DNA of 64,000 nt from positions 9,603-73,602 of the forward strand of contig CALGLR010000055.1 of assembly GCA_937959395.1 (NCBI GenBank), read 5' to 3'. Below, one piece after another: positions 57,068 through 64,000 of this stretch. Position numbers and translations under genes: made by a program. This DNA is from an uncultured Flavobacteriaceae bacterium. GTDB lineage: Bacteria; Bacteroidota; Bacteroidia; Flavobacteriales; Flavobacteriaceae. Position 1 is the stretch's first letter. Each line of letters starts with the position of its first letter. The notes beneath the pieces were generated by a model, which worked only from the letters and a program-made list of their open reading frames with translations, did not search any database and was not told the DNA's origin.

Positions 57068-58534
57068 TTAATTCAAAATTTTCTTACTGTAAAATTCACC
57101 ATCTATATTTCCTTGTACAATGTACAAACCAGACTGAGTCAATTCAAAATTAACCTTATCATTTCCACTACTATTTATGACCTCGATTAGCCTTCCTGTC
57201 ATATCATAAACGTTAAGATTTATCGTTTTTTGACTTACTTCACTTAAATCAATAACAAAATGGTTCTTTGATTTTTTCTGTATTGATAATTCTTTTTTCT
57301 TACTAGAAATTAGTTTTTCTAAATTACGCTTTCTAGTTACCGTAATATCCTGTATATAAGTTCTTTTGTTAGCACCATCAAATCTACCTAGCCGTATTCT
57401 ATTGGGAGAAAAATTATAATCAGGATGCGAAAAAGTTATAATTCTAGATTCTCCTGGACGAGCTGGCAAAGAATAATGCAATCGAGCTCTTACTTTGGCA
57501 CCATTTATACGCCAAGTACTTTCAATATTAGAATTAACCTCTACATAACCTGTAAAATCTGCGCCATTAGAATACTTAAACCGACCTCTCACTTCATTCC
57601 ATTTATTAGCTTCAAGAATGGCTTTACGAGAAGAATAATTATTTTTCTCATAAAAATCTACAGCCATAGATGGTCGTTTGGCAAAAGAAACCCAACTACC
57701 AAGCAATTTATTTTTCATTTTCCTGTAGCCATTAGCATCTGCAGATTTGTTTCCATCTCCATAACCCAATGGTGCATCAGTTACAAAATTATTAATGGTT
57801 AACAAAGAAGAACGGTTATCTCCTCTTCCTGGATTCCCTGCAATGTCATAGCGATGGGTTTGTAAGAGATCACTAACATTATTTGCAGCAAAATCATTCT
57901 GTCGAGTAAAATCAAACTCATAATGCAACCAAGATGGTGCGTTATTACCAAAGTTTCTTTCAGATAAAACAATTAAGCGCTTATTGGTTTGAATTAAAGC
58001 ATTTAATGTTGGCCATCTTTTATTTTTCTGTGGTTGAGAATATAAATAATGATCTATATCTGCTCTAGAATTACATCTATTTCCTCTTCCATTAAAAGCA
58101 TCATTAATATGATTTACAGTAACGTCTCCATCAATTTGCATGTGTAGTGTTATTATTTCATTACGATTTCTGTCCAGAAATCTTTTGATGTCTTCTAAAA
58201 AATCACACATCTCCATCCAGTGAAAATAACCACCAGCACCATGACCTAAATGTAGAAAAGAACCTTTAAACACATTAGAAACTCTTCCGTATTGTAAATC
58301 AATCATAAAACTACGAACCCCATTATTAAGTTGTGTATTTATAGAGTGTTGTTGATTTTTACCTCCTGCTCCTCCATCACTAGCTCCAATTTCAGGGTTT
58401 TGAAATGCATTGTGAGTAATTAGCCATGAAATCTCATCATATCGTCTATTTTTATTAAGGTCTTCCGTTTTTTGGCCATATCCAAATGTAAGACCTAATA
58501 AAATCGTTGCTAGTAAAGTAATTTGTTTTTTCAT
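57068..58534 (-). CDS. secreted PI-PLC X-domain-like phosphodiesterase with T9SS C-terminal sorting domain
   Basis: Signal peptide, WLITHNAF ... RSFMIDL PLC-like motifs, C-terminal GLYIVQG...KKILN sorting-domain pattern. Confidence 0.6.
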   Translation of the reverse strand: MKKQITLLATILLGLTFGYGQKTEDLNKNRRYDEISWLITHNAFQNPEIGASDGGAGGKNQQHSINTQLNNGVRSFMIDLQYGRVSNVFKGSFLHLGHGAGGYFHWMEMCDFLEDIKRFLDRNRNEIITLHMQIDGDVTVNHINDAFNGRGNRCNSRADIDHYLYSQPQKNKRWPTLNALIQTNKRLIVLSERNFGNNAPSWLHYEFDFTRQNDFAANNVSDLLQTHRYDIAGNPGRGDNRSSLLTINNFVTDAPLGYGDGNKSADANGYRKMKNKLLGSWVSFAKRPSMAVDFYEKNNYSSRKAILEANKWNEVRGRFKYSNGADFTGYVEVNSNIESTWRINGAKVRARLHYSLPARPGESRIITFSHPDYNFSPNRIRLGRFDGANKRTYIQDITVTRKRNLEKLISSKKKELSIQKKSKNHFVIDLSEVSQKTINLNVYDMTGRLIEVINSSGNDKVNFELTQSGLYIVQGNIDGEFYSKKILN

Positions 58535-58828
58535 ATCTAATTGGTTATTTGTTTGTTAAAGCACACTTGTAAGTTTAGTATTTACTCTTTGAGCTAAAAT
58601 CAATAAAACTAGGCTTACAATTTTTTAAGTTCATAAAAAAATAAAAAAAATCAATATCTTATCGATTAAAAGCATATAAACTAGCTTATTTAAAGCCTCA
58701 TCCTCAAAAACAATAACTCTTAACAATGACTGAATAGCCAAAACAAATTATTAGGTTGTAAGCTTTAGCAAAAATTTTGACTAATTTTGTATATTAACAA
58801 GAATTTTAATTCAATTAAACTAAATATT

Positions 58829-59152
58829 ATGGCATTAGAAATAACAGATGCAACTTTTGAAGAAACAGTATTAAAGAGTGACAAACCAGTAATGGTAGAC
58901 TTCTGGGCTGCTTGGTGCGGACCTTGTCGTATGGTTGGACCAATTATAGATGAAATTAGTAAAGAATACGAAGGAAAAGCTGTTGTAGGTAAGATTGATG
59001 TTGATGCAAATCAAGAATTTGCAGCGAAATATGGTGTACGTAACATTCCTACGGTTTTAGTTTTCCATAATGGAGAAGTAGTAGGCCGCCAAGTTGGCGT
59101 TGCTCCTAAAAATGCTTATTCAGAAGCAATAGACACATTATTAACAGAGTAA
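58829..59152 (+). CDS. trxA: thioredoxin
   Basis: Start moved to MALEITDATFE. WCGPC active site. 107 aa. Confidence 0.92.
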   Translation: MALEITDATFEETVLKSDKPVMVDFWAAWCGPCRMVGPIIDEISKEYEGKAVVGKIDVDANQEFAAKYGVRNIPTVLVFHNGEVVGRQVGVAPKNAYSEAIDTLLTE

Positions 59153-59181
59153 ATAATACTCTAATTATTATAAAGTAATCT

Positions 59182-59212
59182 AAAAAGGTTTGCCTCGTGG
59201 CAAACCTTTTTT
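59182..59212 (+). terminator. intrinsic terminator after trxA
   Basis: AAAAAGGTTTGCC-TCGT-GGCAAACCTTTTTT. Confidence 0.9.
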
Positions 59213-59237
59213 ATATTTTAGATGAAAATTAATAACC

Positions 59238-59783
59238 ATGAGTAAACAAATAAAACCACAAGATCTTATAGATAGTAAATTATTAGACGAACGAAAAGTA
59301 TTCTTATGGGGTATGGTTAACGACAAATCGGCTAAACATGTTATCGATAGACTTTTATATTTAGACGCAATTGAGAAAAAAGATATTCATTTATACATTA
59401 ATAGTCCTGGCGGTTATGTTACTTCTGGCTTTGCGATGTACGATTGCATAAAATCTCTTAAAAGTGAAGTGTCTACAATTTGTACAGGATTAGCTGCTTC
59501 TATGGGATCTATACTATTATCGGCAGGAGAAAAAGGAAAACGTTTTATACAACCTCATGCCAGAGTTATGATTCACCAACCTAGTGGTGGTGCTCGAGGA
59601 CAAGCCAGTGATATAGAAATCACAGCTAAAGAAATTATAAAAACAAAAGAGCTTAGCGCAAAAATATTAGCCGACAATTGTGGGCAAAAATATGACCAAG
59701 TTATTAAAGATTTTAATAGAGACCACTGGATGGGAGCCGACGAATCTGTAAAATATGGAATTGTTGATGGTGTTTTAGAGTAA
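59238..59783 (+). CDS. ClpP-family serine protease, N-terminally short paralog
   Basis: YINSPGG, catalytic Ser in AASMGS, His in MIHQP, Asp in NRDHWM. 181 aa. Lacks the usual ~15-residue N-terminal axial loop segment. Confidence 0.8.
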   Translation: MSKQIKPQDLIDSKLLDERKVFLWGMVNDKSAKHVIDRLLYLDAIEKKDIHLYINSPGGYVTSGFAMYDCIKSLKSEVSTICTGLAASMGSILLSAGEKGKRFIQPHARVMIHQPSGGARGQASDIEITAKEIIKTKELSAKILADNCGQKYDQVIKDFNRDHWMGADESVKYGIVDGVLE

Positions 59784-59891
59784 AGAAAAGAATTAAATGT
59801 CACATTGAGCGCGCAGTCGATAGTTATCGGGAGCACATATATTAATATAATGATCCCGATAGTTATCGGGACTGTCCGCGAAGGAATAGAG

Positions 59892-60821
59892 ATGAATTTA
59901 AGAGACGAACTAAATAAAACTGGCGGATTTAAAAACCTTGAACACTTAGCGAAACAAGTTGTTGAAGGTTTTATATCTGGAATGCACAAAAGCCCTTTTC
60001 ATGGTTTTTCTGCAGAATTTGCGGAACATAAAATATACAATCAAGGAGAAAGCACTAGGCATATCGATTGGAAACTGTTTGCCAAAACCGATAAGCTTTA
60101 CACAAAACGTTATGATGATGAAACCAATCTTCGTTGCCATATTGTATTAGACAATAGTAGTTCTATGCATTATCCAAAATTAGAAGAATTTTCTATTTCT
60201 AGTTTAAATAAAATTGCTTTTTCGGCTCTCGCTGCAGCTTCTATGATGCACATCTTAAAAAAACAACGCGATGCAGTTGGACTAAGCATTTATAGCGATG
60301 CTTATGATTTTTACGCTCCTGAGAAAGGAAGTGAACGCCATCACCAAATGCTATTAAACAAACTAAGCAATGCGGTCATTTCTAAGCCTGTTAATAAAAC
60401 AACAGACACTTATACTTACTTACACCAAATAGCTGAAAAGATTCATCGCCGCTCATTAATATTTGTTTTTACAGATTTATTTCAAACCACTGCAAATGAA
60501 ACACAGTTATTCGAGGCTTTAAGACATCTAAAACACAATAAGCATGAAGTTGTGTTATTTCATGTTTTTGACAGAGAAAAAGAGCTTAAATTTAATTTTG
60601 ATAACAAACCAAAACGTTATATCGATGTTGAAACTGGTGAGTTTATTAATTTATATTCTGAAACGGTTAAAGATAATTACGAAAAAGCAATTTTAGAATA
60701 TTTTGAAAAATTGCGTTTAAAATGTGGTCAATATCGCATCAAATACGTTGAGGCTGATATAAATAAAAACTTTGACTCTATTTTAACAACCTATATGATA
60801 GAGCGCGAAAAATTTATTTAA
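59892..60821 (+). CDS. DUF58 (vWA-like, MIDAS DNSSSM) protein
   Basis: Start moved to MNLRDEL. HKSPFHGFSAEFAEHK DUF58 signature and VLDNSSSM MIDAS motif. The upstream part of the track ORF crosses a palindromic repeat. Confidence 0.8.
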   Translation: MNLRDELNKTGGFKNLEHLAKQVVEGFISGMHKSPFHGFSAEFAEHKIYNQGESTRHIDWKLFAKTDKLYTKRYDDETNLRCHIVLDNSSSMHYPKLEEFSISSLNKIAFSALAAASMMHILKKQRDAVGLSIYSDAYDFYAPEKGSERHHQMLLNKLSNAVISKPVNKTTDTYTYLHQIAEKIHRRSLIFVFTDLFQTTANETQLFEALRHLKHNKHEVVLFHVFDREKELKFNFDNKPKRYIDVETGEFINLYSETVKDNYEKAILEYFEKLRLKCGQYRIKYVEADINKNFDSILTTYMIEREKFI

Positions 60822-60901
60822 AAATTATTTTCAAAAAAAAGCTCTAAAAAGATTTGACATATTAAAATAGCAATGTATATTTGCCATCGCAATAAAGCAA
60901 C

Positions 60902-60975
60902 GGTCTGGTAGTTCAGTTGGTTAGAATGTCGCCCTGTCACGGCGAAGGTCGCGGGTTCGAGTCCCGTCCAGACCG
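60902..60975 (+). tRNA. tRNA-Asp (GTC)
   Basis: Hand-folded cloverleaf: acceptor GGTCTGG/CCAGACC, D stem GTTC/GAAT, anticodon stem TCGCC/GGCGA with loop CTGTCAC, T arm GCGGG-TTCGAGT-CCCGT, discriminator G. No encoded CCA. Confidence 0.9.
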
Positions 60976-60993
60976 CTAAAAATTGCAAAAAAG

Positions 60994-61021
60994 AAAGCTC
61001 TGAGAAATTAGAGCTTTTTTT
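60994..61021 (+). terminator. intrinsic terminator after tRNA-Asp
   Basis: AAAGCTCT-loop-AGAGCTTT followed by a T-run. Confidence 0.85.
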
Positions 61022-61365
61022 AGCAGTAATTTTAAAATATACTTTAGCACTCTTAACGAGTCTAATTAAAAGCAGTTGTGTTGTTTGATAGATGTAAAAA
61101 TCTATCAAAGTGGTGAAGAAGCTGGATTTATTTTCAGCGACTGCCAATGGAAAGCTTTCCTTTTTTCTTTCGATATTAATCGAAAACAAGAAAATTGGGA
61201 TGCTTTTTTGCTTTACACGCCTTATATCTTAGTCATTTATATAAAAAACCTTACCATTCAAACGCTTTCTTCATCATTTTATCTTATTTTTAGTAGATAT
61301 GCACCTTAAGGCATGATTTTTTAGTAATTTTAAGGTCTATTTTCAATCATTTTTTTAGTTATAAT

Positions 61366-63840
61366 ATGACAGATGTATTTATTTCAGATAAATTAAAAGA
61401 AGCTGTAAAAATTGCTCAGGCAATAGCAAGAGAATATTCACATGTAGAATACTCATCGGCTCACCTATTAAAAGCACTATTACACAAAAATATTGGGATG
61501 TTGAAATACATCGAAAGTATTGGCCAAGACGCTTACTATATTGAAGAATGGTCCGAAGTAAGACTAGAAGCGTTACCAAGAACTACTAAAGTTCCTGAAA
61601 ACCCAAGTAGTGATAATGCTATCGAAGCTATTTTATACGAAGCAGAGAGTGCCAAATTAAAAATTGGAGTCGAAGATGTTAATGAGTTTTGTGTTTTAAT
61701 AGCATTATGTACACCTGGTGTAGGCTTTACTTTTGAACAGCTTAAATCAATGCCATTGACTCCTGCAGAGATTATTAATAACCTGACTGCTAATGGACAT
61801 AAGCCAACTGAAATTGAAGATATTGTTTCTAACAATTCTTCAGCTAATAAAAGTGCAGCTTCTAATTCTATTTTACAAACGTACTGTATAGATAAAACAG
61901 CAGATGCGAAAAGCGAAACTCTTGAAAAAATTTCTGGTCGTGATTCAGAAATTAAAATGATAACAGAAATTCTTGGAAGACGTTCTAAACCAAATGTTTT
62001 AGTATTAGGAGATCCTGGTGTTGGTAAAACAGTATTATTAAATGGTTTAGCCTATGCAACACTTAGCGAATCTATTCCTGATCATTTAAAAAATGCCCGC
62101 GTTTTTGAATTGGATTTTATTCATTTAGTTTCTGGTGCAGGTTATAAAGGAGAAATCGAAGATCGATTAAAAAAAGTAATCGAAGCCGTAAAGAATTTTG
62201 ATAAGCCTATTCTTTTAATTGATGAATTAAATAATTTAACCGATAAAAACTCTGGAAACCAAGGCTTAGCTAATATTTTAAAAGCGGAATTGGTTAAAGG
62301 TGATTTAACAATTATTGGAACAGCAACTAACGATTCCTTTAGAAAACATATTGAAACAGACGAAGGACTTTCAAGACAATTTGAAATAATTCGCTTGCAA
62401 GAACCTAATGAAGATGAAGCTTTGCGAATGATTGCAAATACGGTATCGTATTATACCGATCATCACAAATTAGAAATAGATAAAGGCGGTATTAAAGAAG
62501 CTATTCGTTTAGCAAAACGTTATAATAAAGAACGTAGTTTACCAGATTCTGCTATTGATTTAATAGACAGAACCATGTCTGCTACAAAATTCATGATTCA
62601 AACCTCGCAGCCAGAAATAGCTGCCTTAAAACTTCAGCTTGAAGAGTTGAAGAATAGTGATTTGAAAAAGGAGGAATTACTTGCTGAACAAGCGTGGTTA
62701 AATCTTCAAATGAAAAATAAATTAAGCTATTTACTATTTAGTGATATTCCTGAAGAGTTATTGTATCAGAATATAAAAACACCTAAAGCTGGCTTTACTT
62801 TACTTAAAAAATTACTTGACCAACTTAATGAAACAGCTAGTCAAGAAAAAACAAGCATTACTAAAGCAGACATTGCGTCTACAATAGCAAATAAAACAGG
62901 AATTCCTACAGGAAAACTTCAAAGTGACGAGAAAGAGCGTTTACTTAACATGGAAGCTGAATTACAAAAACGAGTTATTGGTCAAGACCACGCCGTAAAA
63001 GTAATAACTGAAGCCGTTTTAGAATCGCGTTCTGGTTTAAGTAAACCAGGATTACCAACAGGATCTTTCTTTTTCTCTGGACCAACAGGAACAGGTAAAA
63101 CAGAATTAGCAAAAGCATTAGCCGAATTTTTATTTCAAACTGAAACTTCGATTATAAGATTTGACATGTCTGAGTTTAAAGAAGAACACTCGGCAGCACT
63201 TTTATATGGAGCACCTCCAGGATACGTAGGTTATGAAGAAGGTGGGTTACTTGTAAATAAAATTAGACAAAAACCATATTCTATTGTTCTTTTTGATGAA
63301 ATTGAAAAGGCGCACCCTTCTGTTTTTGATATTTTTCTTCAAATTTTAGACGAAGGAAAACTGTCTGACCGTTTGGGAAAAGAAGGTGACTTCTCTAATG
63401 CTGTAATCTTATTTACTTCTAACATAGGAAGCGATCATATTGTAAAATCTTTTGGAGATGGTATCATTCCTAAATCTAGTGACTTGTTAGAAATGATGGG
63501 CAATCATTTTAGACCTGAGTTTTTAGGACGATTAACAGAAATTATTCCTTTCTCACCAATTACAGAAAACAACGTTGCTAAGATTTTTAAAATTCAGCTT
63601 AAAGATTTACACAAAGCATTAGAAAAACAAGGTATTAATTTAGAACTTTCAGAGAAAGCGATTAATCATTTAGCCCAAAAAGGATTTACTCCTAAATATG
63701 GTGCAAGACCACTAAGAGGTGTGATAAGAAACGATTTAAGATCGCCACTTTCTAAACTTATCATCTCTGGGAAGATAGAAAAAGGAGCAAAAATAGTCCT
63801 AGATGTCGGTAAAAACGGCCAGTTAGACTGGAAATATTAG
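61366..63840 (+). CDS. ClpB/ClpV-like double AAA+ ATPase (possible T6SS TssH)
   Basis: Clp_N domain, Walker A GDPGVGKT and GPTGTGKT, Walker B LLIDE and VLFDEIEKAH, short (~100 aa) middle domain. No IGF/LGF ClpP-docking tripeptide seen. 824 aa. Confidence 0.8.
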   Translation: MTDVFISDKLKEAVKIAQAIAREYSHVEYSSAHLLKALLHKNIGMLKYIESIGQDAYYIEEWSEVRLEALPRTTKVPENPSSDNAIEAILYEAESAKLKIGVEDVNEFCVLIALCTPGVGFTFEQLKSMPLTPAEIINNLTANGHKPTEIEDIVSNNSSANKSAASNSILQTYCIDKTADAKSETLEKISGRDSEIKMITEILGRRSKPNVLVLGDPGVGKTVLLNGLAYATLSESIPDHLKNARVFELDFIHLVSGAGYKGEIEDRLKKVIEAVKNFDKPILLIDELNNLTDKNSGNQGLANILKAELVKGDLTIIGTATNDSFRKHIETDEGLSRQFEIIRLQEPNEDEALRMIANTVSYYTDHHKLEIDKGGIKEAIRLAKRYNKERSLPDSAIDLIDRTMSATKFMIQTSQPEIAALKLQLEELKNSDLKKEELLAEQAWLNLQMKNKLSYLLFSDIPEELLYQNIKTPKAGFTLLKKLLDQLNETASQEKTSITKADIASTIANKTGIPTGKLQSDEKERLLNMEAELQKRVIGQDHAVKVITEAVLESRSGLSKPGLPTGSFFFSGPTGTGKTELAKALAEFLFQTETSIIRFDMSEFKEEHSAALLYGAPPGYVGYEEGGLLVNKIRQKPYSIVLFDEIEKAHPSVFDIFLQILDEGKLSDRLGKEGDFSNAVILFTSNIGSDHIVKSFGDGIIPKSSDLLEMMGNHFRPEFLGRLTEIIPFSPITENNVAKIFKIQLKDLHKALEKQGINLELSEKAINHLAQKGFTPKYGARPLRGVIRNDLRSPLSKLIISGKIEKGAKIVLDVGKNGQLDWKY

Positions 63841-63912
63841 GAATTACACCTTATCAAAAAAAAAGTTTATATATTTATAGAATAAACGCTAATTAATTCA
63901 ATAATACTACTT

Positions 63913-64000
63913 ATGAGCGATACATACGGATTAGGAGGATCAGAAGTACAATCTGATGCTAATGAAGCCATTCAGCAAATACCACAAAACAGAACGCTAT
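63913..64000 (+). CDS. partial CDS running off the window (MSDTYGLGGSEVQSDANEAIQQIPQNRTL...)
   Basis: ATG at 63913, open to the window end. Possible T6SS sheath small subunit, from weak recollection only. Confidence 0.35.
   Translation, partial: MSDTYGLGGSEVQSDANEAIQQIPQNRTL

Noticed and set aside
60818-61189. 123-aa minus-strand ORF
   Set aside because: It runs antisense straight through tRNA-Asp and its terminator. It is most likely spurious.
60902-61365. tRNA-Asp as an integration hotspot, structured 340-nt region, or the 77-aa ORF 61076-61309 before the ClpV-like gene
   Set aside because: No integrase, and I noticed no direct repeat of the tRNA 3-prime end. The region holds only short AT-rich hairpins (for example TTGATAGAT..ATCTATCAA at 61085-61108 and GGAAAGCTTTCC plus T-run at 61149-61166) that I cannot assemble into a convincing RNA. 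The ORF has no support.
1-64000. Prophage, genomic island, defence system or CRISPR-Cas content
   Set aside because: I recognised no integrase, transposase, restriction-modification, toxin-antitoxin, cas or phage structural genes in any frame of the track. Gene content outside 11-17 kb is ordinary core metabolism and envelope biogenesis.

Overview
AT-rich, gene-dense chromosomal segment. Its gene content points to a Flavobacteriaceae-like member of the Bacteroidota: T9SS C-terminal sorting domains, a BlaI/BlaR1-TonB pair, a HemD-like/DUF4271 pair, a long DnaE, and frequent TTG/GTG starts. I count about 60 protein genes, mostly housekeeping (hemW, ruvC, fabD, lspA, galE, waaA, pyrC, tyrS, trmB, an mrp-nifU-fnr-fdx Fe-S/ferredoxin cluster, rimM, rpsP, dnaE, trxA), plus one tRNA-Asp(GTC). 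I recognised no rRNA, CRISPR array, transposase, integrase or phage genes. The stand-out region is 11.1-16.9 kb, all on the minus strand. In transcription order it holds four tandem near-identical 59-60 aa secreted-peptide genes (three fall below the ORF-track cutoff), a sensor kinase with a large extracytoplasmic TPR domain, a LuxR-type response regulator with its own terminator, and then three tandem copies of a terminator-bearing sRNA-like unit. Each sRNA-like unit is preceded by an ATTACG-N8-CGTAAT inverted repeat, and an AraC-type HTH remnant flanks the locus. By inference only, I read this as a possible peptide-signal / two-component / multi-copy sRNA circuit that I cannot assign to a described family. 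Other points: several families of REP/MITE-like palindromic repeats sit in intergenic regions, and one family sits on the start regions of both fnr and fdx. There are two internally repetitive lipoproteins and a DnaE with a fused N-terminal exonuclease. At the right edge, a ClpV/ClpB-like AAA+ gene may open a type VI secretion locus that runs off the window. All functional calls come from motif recognition by eye; no database search was possible.
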